The notes under the pieces are model-generated. The model saw only the letters and a program-made list of their open reading frames with translations, did no database searches and was not told where the DNA came from. This document shows, one piece after another, positions 15,001-26,145 of a stretch of DNA of 64,000 nucleotides. The first letter of the stretch is position 1, and each line of letters starts with the position of its first letter. The DNA is from Nemertoderma westbladi (Eukaryota > Animalia > Xenacoelomorpha): positions 37,773 through 101,772 of the forward strand of contig JAUCBJ010007601.1 in assembly GCA_032718475.1 (NCBI GenBank), in the 5' to 3' direction. The position numbers and the translations under genes were made by a program.

Positions 15001-18000
15001 TCTAATAGGCCTACAGTACTACTACACTCTCTACTGCATCGTCTAATAGCCCTACAGTACTACTACATTATCTACTGCATCGTCTAATAGCCCTAAAGTA
15101 CTACTACACTCTCTATTGCATCGTCTAATAGGCCTAAAGTACTACTACATTATCTATTGTATCGTCTAATAGGCCTACAGTACTACTACACTCTCTACTG
15201 CATCGTCTAATAGCCCTACAGTACTACTACATTATCTACTGCATCGTCTAATAGCCCTAAAGTACTACTACACTCTCTATTGCATCGTCTAATAGGCCTA
15301 AAGTACTATTACATTATCTACTGCATCGTCTAATAGGCCTACAGTACTACTAAATTATCTACTGCATCGTCTAATAGGCCTACAGTACTACAACATTATC
15401 TACTACATCGTCTAATAGCCCTACAGTACTACTACACTCTCTATTGCATCGCCTAATAGGCCTAAAGTACTACTACATTATCTACTGCATCGTCTAATAG
15501 CCCTACAGTACTACTACACTCTCTACTGCATCGTCTAATAGGCCTACAGTACTACTACACTCTATATTGCATCGTCTAATAGGCCTACAGTACTACTACA
15601 CTCTCTATTGCATCGTCTAATAGCCCTACAGTACTACTACACTCTCTATTGTATCGTCTAATAGGCCTACAGTATTACTACACTCTCTATTGTATCGTCT
15701 AATAGGCCTAAAGTACTACTACATTATCTACTGCATCGTCTAATAGCCCTACAGTACTACTACACTCTCTATTGCATCGTTTAATAGCCCTAAAGTACTA
15801 CTACACTCTCTACTGCATCGTCTAATAGGCCTACAGTACTACTACACTCTATATTGCATCGTCTAATAGCCCTACAGTACTACTACACTCTCTATTGCAT
15901 CGTCTAATAGCCCTACAGTACTACTACACTCTCTATTGTATCGTCTAATAGGCCTAAAGTACTACTACATTATCTACTGCATCGTCTAATAGCCCTACAG
16001 TACTACTACACTCTCTATTGCATCGTTTAATAGCCCTAAAGTACTACTACACTCTCTACTGCATCGTCTAATAGGCCTACAGTACTACTACACTCTATAT
16101 TGCATCGTCTAATAGCCCTACAGTACTACTACACTCTCTATTGCATCGTCTAATAGCCCTACAGTACTACTACACTCTCTACTGCATCGTCTAATAGCCC
16201 TACAGTACTACTACATTATCTACTGCATCGTCTAATAGCCCTACAGTACTACTACACTCTCTATTGCATCGTCTAATAGGCCTACAGTACTACTACACTC
16301 TCTATTGCATCGTCTAATAGCCCTACAGTACTACTACACTCTCTACTGCATCGTCTAATAGGCCTACAGTACTACTACATTATCTACTGCATCGTCTAAT
16401 AGCCCTAAAGTACTACTACATTATCTACTGCATCGTCTAATAGCCCTACAGTACTACTACACTCTCTATTGCATCGTCTAATAGGCCTAAAGTACTACTA
16501 CACTCTCTATTGCATCGTCTAATAGGCCTACAGTACTACTACACTCTCTACTGCATCGTCTAATAGGCCTACAGTACTACTACACTCTCTATTGCATCGT
16601 CTAATAGCCATACAGTACTACTACACTCTCTATTGCATCGTCTAATAGCCCTACAGTACTACTACACTCTCTATTGCATCGTCTAATAGGCCTACAGTAC
16701 TACTACACTCTCTATTGCATCGTCTAATAGCCCTACAGTACTACTACACTCTCTACTGCATCGTCTAATAGGCCTACAGTACTACTACATTATCTACTGC
16801 ATCGTCTAATAGCCCTAAAGTACTACTACATTATCTACTGCATCGTCTAATAGCCCTACAGTACTACTACACTCTCTACTGCATCGTCTAATAGGCCTAA
16901 AGTACTACTACACTCTCTATTGCATCGTCTAATAGGCCTACAGTACTACTACACTCTCTACTGCATCGTCTAATAGGCCTACAGTACTACTACACTCTCT
17001 ATTGCATCGTCTAATAGCCATACAGTACTACTACACTCTCTATTGCATCGTCTAATAGCCCTAAAGTACTACTACACTCTCTATTGCATCGTCTAATAGG
17101 CCTACAGTACTACTACATTAGCTACTGCATCGTCTAATAGCCCTACAGTATTACTACATTCTCTACTGCATCGTCTAATAGCCCTACAGTACTACTACAC
17201 TCTCTATTGCATCGTCTAATAGCCCTACAGTACTACTACATTATCTACTGCATCGTCTAATAGCCCTACAGTACTACTACATTATCTACTGCATCGTCTA
17301 ATAGGCCTACAGTACTACTACACTCTCTATTGCATCGTCTAATAGCCCTAAAGTACTACTACACTCTCTATTGCATCGTCTAATAGCCCTACAGTACTAC
17401 TACATTATCTACTGCATCGTCTAATAGCCCTACAGTACTACTAAATTATCTACTGCATCGTCTAATAGGCCTACAGTACTACTACATTATCTACTGCATC
17501 GTCTAATAGGCCTACAGTACTACTACACTCTCTATTGCATCGTCTAATAGCCCTACAGTACTACTACACTCTCTATTGCATCGTCTAATAGCCCTACAGT
17601 ACTACTACATTATCTACTGCATCGTCTAATAGCCCTACAGTACTACGACATTATCTACTGCATCGTCTAATAGCCCTACAGTACTACTATATTATCTACT
17701 GCATCGTCTAATAGCCCTACAGTACTACTACACTCTCTATTGCATCGTCTAATAGCCCTACAGTACTACTACACTCTCTATTGCATCGTCTAATAGCCCT
17801 ACAGTACTACTACATTATCTACTGCATCGTCTAATAGGCCTACAGTACTACTACATTATCTACTGCATCGTCTAATAGCCCTACAGTACTACTACATTAT
17901 CTACTGCATCGTCTAATAGCCCTACAGTACTACTACATTATCTACTGCATCGTCTAATAGCCCTACAGTACTACTACACTCTCTATTGCATCGTCTAATA

Positions 18001-19153
18001 GGCCTACAGTACTACTACATTATCTACTGCATCGTCTAATCGGCCTACAGTACTACTACACTCTCTATTGCATCGTCTAATAGCCCTACAGTACTACTAC
18101 ATTATCTACTGCATCGTCTAATAGCCCTACAGTACTACTACACTCTCTATTGCATCGTCTAATAGCCCTACAGTACTACTATATTATCTACTGCATCGTC
18201 TAATAGCCCTACAGTACTACTACACTCTCTATTGCATCGTCTAATAGCCCTACAGTACTACTACACTCTCTATTGCATCGTCTAATAGCCCTACAGTACT
18301 ACTACATTATCTACTGCATCGTCTAATAGCCCTACAGCACTACGACATTATCTACTGCATCGTCTAATAGCCCTACAGTACTACTATATTATCTACTGCA
18401 TCGTCTAATAGCCCTACAGTACTACTACACTCTCTATTGCATCGTCTAATAGGCCTACAGTACTACTACACTCTCTATTGCATCGTCTAATAGCCCTACA
18501 GTACTACTACATTATCTACTGCATCGTCTAATAGCCCTACAGTACTACTACATTATCTACTGCATCGTCTAATAGCCCTACAGTACTACTACACTCTCTA
18601 CTGCATCGTCTAATAGGCCTACAGTACTACTACACTCTCTATTGCATCGTCTAATAGCCCTACAGTACTACTACACTCTCTATTGCATCGTCTAATAGCC
18701 CTACAGTACTACTACATTATCTACTGCATCGTCTAATAGGCCTACAGTACTACTACATTATCTACTGCATCGTCTAATAGCCCTACAGTACTACTACACT
18801 CTCTACTGCATCGTCTAATAGGCCTACAGTACTACTACACTCTCTACTGCATCGTCTAATAGGCCTACAGTACTACTACACTCTCTATTGCATCGTCTAA
18901 TAGCCCTACAGTACTACTACACTCTCTATTGCATCGTCTAATAGCCCTACAGTACTACTACATTATCTACTGCATCGTCTAATAGCCCTACAGTACTACT
19001 ACATTATCTACTGCATCGTCTAATAGGCCTACAGTACTACTACATTATCTACTGCATCGTCTAATAGGCCTACAGTACTACTACACTCTCTATTGCATCG
19101 TCTAATAGGCCTACAGTACTACTACACTCTCTATTGCATCGTCTAATAGCCCT
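1..19153. repeat. 41-bp tandem satellite array, about 465 copies, running off the left edge of the window
   Basis: Unit ACTACACTCTCTATTGCATCGTCTAATAGCCCTACAGTACT recurs head-to-tail with period 41. Common variants are CTCTCTATT/TTATCTACT, GCCC/GGCC and TCTAAT/TTTAAT. It ends mid-unit (GCCCT) at the LTR. The ORF track has no entries here. Confidence 0.99.
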
Positions 19154-19605
19154 TGTGCACGTATCCGTGAATCTTCAATATAATTTCTATAGTAGAGTAT
19201 AAGGAGCAATCGGTTACTAAAAATAATATCTTGCTTACTACACACAACCCTTGTTAGTTAGGTGATAAATAAATTTGGCCCTTCAGCTGTTTGTAGTTAG
19301 TTAGCCTGCGGTATCATCCTACGATTGGTTGATGGGCTATTGTCTGTGCTCTATATATAATATTGGCATTATTCATTTAAGGTGACTTCTCTATCTGGGT
19401 ACAAATGTCTACTGGTGTATTAGGTTGTATTATATAGTAGTTATATTGGGCAGTAGGAAATATTATTTAACAAGTTGAAAGAACATTATACAGTTTCTCT
19501 GACAATATTATAGATTTCAACTTCGTAATAAGAACTTATTTCCCCTAATAAATCAGCGTCTTCCGCCTAAAAATATTCCTAAACAGACGGGGACAATCGT
19601 CTACA
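19154..19605 (+). repeat. 5' LTR (452 bp)
   Basis: TGTGCACG...CGTCTACA, no differences seen by eye from 30204-30655. TATA-like boxes at about 19352-19360 and 19431-19437, AATAAA at 19547-19552. Confidence 0.97.
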
Positions 19606-19617
19606 GTTAAATAATAT
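19606..19617 (+). promoter_or_regulatory. Non-tRNA primer-binding site, putative self-priming PBS
   Basis: GTTAAATAATAT abuts the LTR-terminal CA, lacks the TGG of tRNA PBSs, and is the exact reverse complement of LTR positions 19460-19471 (ATATTATTTAAC). Confidence 0.75.
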
Positions 19618-20415
19618 CATCTTCGAAGATAAAGACATTTCTCGGATAGAGAATTCAAGAGACGGAAATCTTAAAAGATAAGTATTATTCTTTAGGAACC
19701 GTGGTGCGGTACTTGAGGAATTAATTATTTGTTTATTTCCATTTCCAACTCTCCAACCAACGTTCAGCGCTACTCCTTTTCTCCCAGCTGTTGGTCTCTA
19801 TCAACAAGAACCGGTCGTGAGGATTCGGCGACTTGATGGGGCAAGTACTCTTTTTTTTGGGCCAGACTTGAACTCAAGAAAAGATAATATCGCCAAGCGG
19901 CACACGGGCGCGAAGGATTACGTCTGCGACTAACCTAGTTGAGGCCAATACAAGGCAGTGCAACCAGGACTTTCAGGACCGGAATTTATTCCGTAACGTA
20001 TAATTTATTACTTTATTTCTTATGTTCAGTAATTTTACTGTAGGTATTCTATACTGTAAGTAAGAAGATACAGTAGATAGACCTACACTTTGTTCTTTGA
20101 CTATAATTACTAGTGGAGGCACCACTGAAGCTAGAAGATAGTTGTAGTATATTTTTCTAATATCTCGGGTATTTTTTCTCTTCGTTTTTAACCCGTACTA
20201 ATATTTTTCTTTTCGTAATTTGTCACCTAACCGGTGATATGCTAAAGCTGAGCCAAGACTGACTCAGTTAGTACGATTAATATGGTCGTCAGATTATAAT
20301 TTTTGTTTTATTGTAATATAATTACTGTATCCTTATTTATATTCTTTATCAGGTAAATTGAGAGTGAACTTTCGAAAATAAAAAATAAAAATTTGATAAC
20401 ATCCGTACCTTTATC

Positions 20416-23400
20416 ATGTCTACCGATGCATCTACGGAACAGGAGACCCCTCAAAGCGAGTTCGTTCCCAGTGGTAATGGATTAGACTCGGACGAGACTT
20501 CGTCGGCGTTTCAACGGCCTACGATCTCGGTAAATGAAACAGAGCCCATTGGGCAGCTGCCAGTAGACTCATATCCTGTCCACAACATCCTCTCACTTGG
20601 TGAGAACGCGAACTCTCACTGTGCTATTGGCAGTGAGCAAAGTGCCGTACACGAAACTCGTGACACATTAATCGGAACTCTTAGTTCTAGAACAAAGTCT
20701 AGAACAACAAAAGAAATCCCTGCTGTGGATATAGCCACCATCAACCGCCAACTTGGTCAATTCTATCACCATTTAGACGTTGGAATAGTTGAGTTGGAAG
20801 CCCAAGCAAGATTTCCCAAAACAGGTAAGTCTTTAGACAACATTGATAGGAATCTTGCACGTTTAGAATCTAGGTGGCAATCAATTACCAAGTTATATAA
20901 ACAGCAAATTGATTTCTTAGAAACTCAAGGAACCTTCGGTGAGTACCAACGGGCCAAAAATAAGTTTGTAACGGATGAATGTAAGTATCGGGAATTTAGG
21001 GATAGTTTAATTCAGGTGTATGACAAGGTATCTGCCAGTAATGTGTGTGTGCCTAGTGCGACTGTGTGTGTTCCTAGAGTGATCCGAAGTCCGGTAAACT
21101 CTTCCCAGTCTCGCATGTCAAATATGCAGTGGGATAACTATCCATTGTCCTCAATATTGAGGTCAGACCTTGAACAAACAATGACCCATCAAACCAGTTT
21201 AGAAAATGTAGGGCATTCTGAATTACTTAATTTTCCTTTGCAAAACCACCGGCTTGAGGGAGGTACATTAGAATCAGTTGCTAGTAGTATTGGTAAAGTA
21301 ACTACTGATATGTCATTACACTCTCAGAGATCTGATAATAAGTCTTCTAAGTCATCTAAACTGAGAAGAATAGCAGATGCTAATATGGCTGTATTAGCTA
21401 AGAGACAAGCGGAAGAAACTTTGCGCTTGTCTCATCAAATAGAGAGAGAAAAAATCCATGTTCAAAATGAACTTATGTCAGAACAAGCAAAAGCACGCAT
21501 AGAGGAAGCCAAGCGTCAGGTTGCAGACACAGCAATAGAAGCCAACCGCATGATTTCGAAGACTACCCAGCAGGCTGAAGATGCAAGACGGGAAGCTATT
21601 CTTCTCACAGAGAATGCAGAGAAACAGTTGAAACGCGTGGAACAGGCTGAACAAGCTAGAGTGGTAGAAAGTCGAAGGAGAAGTGATATTTATGATCGCA
21701 TACGTCAGCTTGAAGATGCAATGGATATGCAGACTGTGCACCACCAGCTACAGGTGGAAGAATGTCGTCAGCAAGCAGAAATATTGAATTGTACGGACGT
21801 AGTTTCGGACGAATTGGCAGGTCTAGGTGTTGTACCTTCAATTAAACCAGTCCGATCTATACCCCTAATTAGTAATGACTATTCAACATTTCCCCCTCCC
21901 CTTAGATCCACACCTAATAACCATCCATTACCAGCAGAAAAGACAGCCAGCAAACCTGTTGTTTTTCAGGATTGTTCTATCCCCTCTGAAACTAAAACCA
22001 TCCACCCTAAAGGACCCATAGACAGGATGAAACTGATATTTAGTGACGAGTGTAAGGTAATTAGGACTGACACAGAAGAATCACCTGATGAATCAGCTGA
22101 TTCAATTGCGTTGGAACCACAAAGGACTAGAATCTTCCGGCGTCAAGTTGTACAGCCACAATCTTCAAGTAATAACAATAATATGACTTCCATCCCCGAG
22201 AATCCGGTTACTCAACAGCAGCTAGAGGATGCAGTAACTTCCGTTAAAGAGGCTATTAACCTTTTAACACAACAAATAGTAACCCCAACTGTGCCAAAAC
22301 ACAATGCGCCAGGTGCAGCAAGTAGACGGATTAAGGTTGAATCCTCATTTACAGAGAACAATGAAGTTAGGGGTAATACGCACCATAGGGGTAGTATGTT
22401 CTTGCATGAGCAGCCAAGCTATTACATTCCAGATATTCGAAAAAAAGGTTCATTTCATATTCCCGGGACACCCCAGATACACTTACCATGTGCAGCGAGT
22501 GCATATCAAACAGTGAGAAATCCATATCCTCTGCCAAAAAAGGCAGAAACAACTGATAATAGACAAGTTAATGTTACTTCAGAACCTTTTTGTTTACCGC
22601 GAGGACCGCGGGACTGTGATTTTTATGTTAAACCACGAGAAACACATCAATGGTCTAAATGTTACACTGAGCAGACCCCAAGAAAATCAGGGGACTCAAT
22701 GTCAGTAAGTAGGCCACCCTTAAGACAGTCTGATACTACTAGTAATCCCACGGGTGTCAATCGACCTGCAAGTCGAAGCAATACGGGCAGGTATCCGGAC
22801 AGGGAACCGGGCAGATATCCGGACAGGGAACCGAGCAGGTATCCAGACAGTAACCCAGGTAGATATTCAGACAGAGACCCGGACAGGGAACCGGGCAGGT
22901 ATCCAGACAGGGAACCGGGCAGGTATCCAGACAGGAACCCAGGTAGATATTCAGACAGAGACCCGGACAGGGAACCGGGCAGGTATCCAGACTGGAACCC
23001 AGGTAGATATTCAGACAGAGACCCGGACAGGGAACCGGGCAGGTATCCAGACTGGAACCCAGGTAGATATTCAGACAGAGACCCGGACAGGGAACCGGGC
23101 AGGTATCCAGACAGGTATCCAGACTGGAACCCGGACAGGGACCCAGATAAAGACCCAGAGGGGGACCCGGACAAATACTCAGACAAAGATTCAGACAGAC
23201 CACCAGACCGTGAAATCTTTGGTAAAAAGTATAACAGTGGCCGTTCTAGAGATTGCCTGGGTGAAAGCAATTGTAATCACCCAACCTCACATCAACAACA
23301 TGCCCTTTTTGAAAAATTGGCATTATCCCTCGAGGCGCCTAAGTTAGACCCAACTCCTTTCACAGGGGACCCAAAAATGTTTCTGGTTTTTAAAAATAGA

Positions 23401-26145
23401 TTCAGGACACAAGTGGATAATAAAGAAGTTACAGATGACGTCAAACTAAGATATCTAATAACATATTTCCGAGGTGAGCCTTTAGAAATGATTGAGCATT
23501 ATGAAGGAATGGAAAATGGTTATGAACAAGCTTGGAATACACTCGAACGGCTTTATGGCCAACCTACCAGAGTAATGAAGGCAGTTATTTATGATGTTAC
23601 TAGATGTCGGTACCCAGTGTCTTCTCCAAAAGAACTTTTAAAATACTCTCATGACGTTAGGAGAACGATGGACGTATTACAAACATTAAATTGTTATGAA
23701 TATGTAAATAATCCGGATTTCATCCAACAAGTAGCTTCAAACTTAGCAAACAATCTCAGATGGCGATGGGCCAGACAGACACATAACTTTAGGAAAGTCA
23801 ATGGTAGAGATCCAGGTATGTCCGAATTGGTAGTATTCTTAGACGAGGAGACAAGTATTGCGACATGTCCATTGTATGGACCACAAGCTGCAGAGGAAGT
23901 ATTACGCTGTAAGATGGGTGAAAAATTTAAAGGTTTTGGCAATAATTCAACGCCTGCACCTATCACTCAACGGACCCAAAAACAACCTGTCGAGCCCAAA
24001 GTGACCAGCACCATGGATAATTTTTATGCAGACGAGAACACTGTTAATTTTTCTATGAAAGAAGATGTAGTGCTACCTGTGTCTGAGCAAAGTAACTTTT
24101 CCAGCTATCTACCTGCCAATGATGAAAGTGTTGAAATACATACTATTGACACAGAGATAAAACCCTGTTTATGTTGTAGTAAGTTTCATCTTCTGACGAG
24201 ATGTTCCCAGTTTTTCTCTTTGGGTGAACAGGAATGTTGGAATTTTGTTATAGATCATAAGTTATGTAGCTTATGTTTGAAATCTGGCCATTGGCGTAAA
24301 AAGTGCCGTTCTCTCTACCGTTGCACGGTGAATGGCTGTGGGAGGAAACACGCTAAATGTTTGCATCCTGAATTAGGTAAAACAGATGAGGAGACAGAAG
24401 GTCTTATTAAGAATTTCTACGCATTGCAACGTGATAGTAAAACTCCGATGAAATTTAGTGAGTTTACCAATCGTAAGCAAGTAGGATATGAAGCTTATAA
24501 AAGTGTGGCGTCCATGACAGTGAACCATTACGCAAATTTGACGCCCAGCCCCAGTCAAACAAGTATTAAAGCAGTATTTTTACGAGTTGTTCCGATGGCA
24601 GTGAGCAATCCCATCACCGGTTGTAGACTCACTACGTTTGGGTTATTAGATGAAGGATCTACTGGTTCTTTTATGGATAAATCACTGGGCGAGTTACTGA
24701 CATTAGAAAGTTATCCAGTATCAGTTAAACTAAACACCCTACTTTCACAGGAAGGAAAAGAACTTCAACAGACGTCTTGTCTAATTAGTTCTATAATGCC
24801 AGATAGTAATATTACATTACATGCCAGTGAACTACTATTAATTCAGAATTTGCATTTGAACTATACTAGACCGTCCCAATGGTCGTTAGATCGTCTACCT
24901 TATTTGAAGAATTTAAATTTGGAATATCCAACGGTGGACGTCAATCGGATTTCTATGCTAATTGGCTTGAATAATCCACGTGCCCATCGCGTCTATAAGA
25001 CTGTATGGGGACCAACCCCTTACGACGAAGAAAATAATCCACACGCGATTAAGACTCCCTTTGGATGGACAATAGTGGGTCCAATCACTGACTGTAGAAT
25101 AAAACCCTCACTGCCTACATCGAGTATAAAACCAGTTGTGGAAACAAACCCCGATATAGATCTAGAAATACATACCTGCGTGCCAATGGTAAGTGAGAAG
25201 TATGACTTTGTAGAGCAGATGGAGAATGTGGAGCAGCCATGCACATGGCGTTTACAGAATGATGGCGAACATGATGTTTTCCATAACGAAGTCGCAACAA
25301 TAGACATAAATCATGTACAATGTTGTCCATGGAGAGTTGATACGAGTACAGGGGACGAAGCAACCCATGATTTGTTAAAGAAATTTTTTGATTCGGAAGC
25401 ATTTGTTTGTCCTACCCGCATTGTCAATAAATCTATACAAGATCATAAATGCGAGAAAATTTTGAAAGAAAGCACTCGTTTCATCAATGGACACTACCAC
25501 GTAGAAATGTTATGGCTTGATAAAGACAAACCACTGATTAATAATAAATATTTAGCCCTGACCCGCTTAAGATGGATAAAGCGTAAATTGATTAAAATGC
25601 CTGACGAACATAATAAATACCAAGCAATACTAGACGATTATGAAAAAAAGGGTTATGTCAGACGCCTTTCCTTGGTGGAAAAGTTGTTACCGGATGGTCC
25701 TAGGAAATATTACCTCCCAACTCACCCCGTATGGGATCCAAATAAACCAGGTAAGTTACGCATTGTACTTAATGCTGCAGCGCAATATAAAGGGATGAGT
25801 TTAAATTCAGAGCTCATGGAAGGACCCAATATATACACATCTATTGTTGATGTCCTCCTTAAGTTTCGTCAACATCGTGTGGTGTTTGGATCAGACGTGG
25901 AAGGTATGTTTCACCAAGTACGGACATTCGATAGAGATTCGCAATCCCAGAATATTCTTTGGTGGGAGGGGGACACTGAGCCAAGTGAGTTACAGGACTT
26001 AATTGTGTATCAAATGCTAGTGCATGGGTTCGGGAAAAAGGATTCTCCATGCGTTGCAACGCACGCATTGCGTCAGTCGGCGTACGACCATCGTGAAGAG
26101 TACCATCGTTCTGTTAAGAAGCGATTACAAGAGCATTTTACGTAG
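20416..26145 (+). CDS. gag-pol: BEL/Pao polyprotein, N-terminal part: coiled-coil and capsid-like Gag, zinc knuckles, aspartic protease, first half of RT
   Basis: 1909-aa ORF. FTGDPKMFLVFKNRF capsid-like region, CLCCSKFHLLTRC / CSLCLKSGHWRKKC / CTVNGCGRKHAKCLH knuckles, protease LLDEGS, RT motifs KLRIVLNAAA, SDVEGMFHQV and FGKKDSP. Stops at the YVDD frameshift. Confidence 0.95.
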   Translation: MSTDASTEQETPQSEFVPSGNGLDSDETSSAFQRPTISVNETEPIGQLPVDSYPVHNILSLGENANSHCAIGSEQSAVHETRDTLIGTLSSRTKSRTTKEIPAVDIATINRQLGQFYHHLDVGIVELEAQARFPKTGKSLDNIDRNLARLESRWQSITKLYKQQIDFLETQGTFGEYQRAKNKFVTDECKYREFRDSLIQVYDKVSASNVCVPSATVCVPRVIRSPVNSSQSRMSNMQWDNYPLSSILRSDLEQTMTHQTSLENVGHSELLNFPLQNHRLEGGTLESVASSIGKVTTDMSLHSQRSDNKSSKSSKLRRIADANMAVLAKRQAEETLRLSHQIEREKIHVQNELMSEQAKARIEEAKRQVADTAIEANRMISKTTQQAEDARREAILLTENAEKQLKRVEQAEQARVVESRRRSDIYDRIRQLEDAMDMQTVHHQLQVEECRQQAEILNCTDVVSDELAGLGVVPSIKPVRSIPLISNDYSTFPPPLRSTPNNHPLPAEKTASKPVVFQDCSIPSETKTIHPKGPIDRMKLIFSDECKVIRTDTEESPDESADSIALEPQRTRIFRRQVVQPQSSSNNNNMTSIPENPVTQQQLEDAVTSVKEAINLLTQQIVTPTVPKHNAPGAASRRIKVESSFTENNEVRGNTHHRGSMFLHEQPSYYIPDIRKKGSFHIPGTPQIHLPCAASAYQTVRNPYPLPKKAETTDNRQVNVTSEPFCLPRGPRDCDFYVKPRETHQWSKCYTEQTPRKSGDSMSVSRPPLRQSDTTSNPTGVNRPASRSNTGRYPDREPGRYPDREPSRYPDSNPGRYSDRDPDREPGRYPDREPGRYPDRNPGRYSDRDPDREPGRYPDWNPGRYSDRDPDREPGRYPDWNPGRYSDRDPDREPGRYPDRYPDWNPDRDPDKDPEGDPDKYSDKDSDRPPDREIFGKKYNSGRSRDCLGESNCNHPTSHQQHALFEKLALSLEAPKLDPTPFTGDPKMFLVFKNRFRTQVDNKEVTDDVKLRYLITYFRGEPLEMIEHYEGMENGYEQAWNTLERLYGQPTRVMKAVIYDVTRCRYPVSSPKELLKYSHDVRRTMDVLQTLNCYEYVNNPDFIQQVASNLANNLRWRWARQTHNFRKVNGRDPGMSELVVFLDEETSIATCPLYGPQAAEEVLRCKMGEKFKGFGNNSTPAPITQRTQKQPVEPKVTSTMDNFYADENTVNFSMKEDVVLPVSEQSNFSSYLPANDESVEIHTIDTEIKPCLCCSKFHLLTRCSQFFSLGEQECWNFVIDHKLCSLCLKSGHWRKKCRSLYRCTVNGCGRKHAKCLHPELGKTDEETEGLIKNFYALQRDSKTPMKFSEFTNRKQVGYEAYKSVASMTVNHYANLTPSPSQTSIKAVFLRVVPMAVSNPITGCRLTTFGLLDEGSTGSFMDKSLGELLTLESYPVSVKLNTLLSQEGKELQQTSCLISSIMPDSNITLHASELLLIQNLHLNYTRPSQWSLDRLPYLKNLNLEYPTVDVNRISMLIGLNNPRAHRVYKTVWGPTPYDEENNPHAIKTPFGWTIVGPITDCRIKPSLPTSSIKPVVETNPDIDLEIHTCVPMVSEKYDFVEQMENVEQPCTWRLQNDGEHDVFHNEVATIDINHVQCCPWRVDTSTGDEATHDLLKKFFDSEAFVCPTRIVNKSIQDHKCEKILKESTRFINGHYHVEMLWLDKDKPLINNKYLALTRLRWIKRKLIKMPDEHNKYQAILDDYEKKGYVRRLSLVEKLLPDGPRKYYLPTHPVWDPNKPGKLRIVLNAAAQYKGMSLNSELMEGPNIYTSIVDVLLKFRQHRVVFGSDVEGMFHQVRTFDRDSQSQNILWWEGDTEPSELQDLIVYQMLVHGFGKKDSPCVATHALRQSAYDHREEYHRSVKKRLQEHFT
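22785..23210 (+). repeat. In-frame coding minisatellite in gag (24/60-nt units, GRYPDREP / GRYSDRDPDREP)
   Basis: Repeated GGCAGGTATCCAGACAGGGAACCG-type units that keep the reading frame. Confidence 0.9.

Noticed and set aside
1-19153. CRISPR-like array
   Set aside because: Units are contiguous with no unique spacers, there are no cas genes, and the context is eukaryotic (introns, LINEs).
19596-19607. LTR end ATCGTCTACAGT resembles satellite motifs ATCGTCTA and CTACAGT, suggesting satellite origin or targeting
   Set aside because: The matches are only 7-8 nt and do not lie at the actual junction, so chance is likely.
22662-23347. Antisense and alternative-frame ORFs over the gag repeat
   Set aside because: By-products of the tandem repeat, with no independent coding signal.
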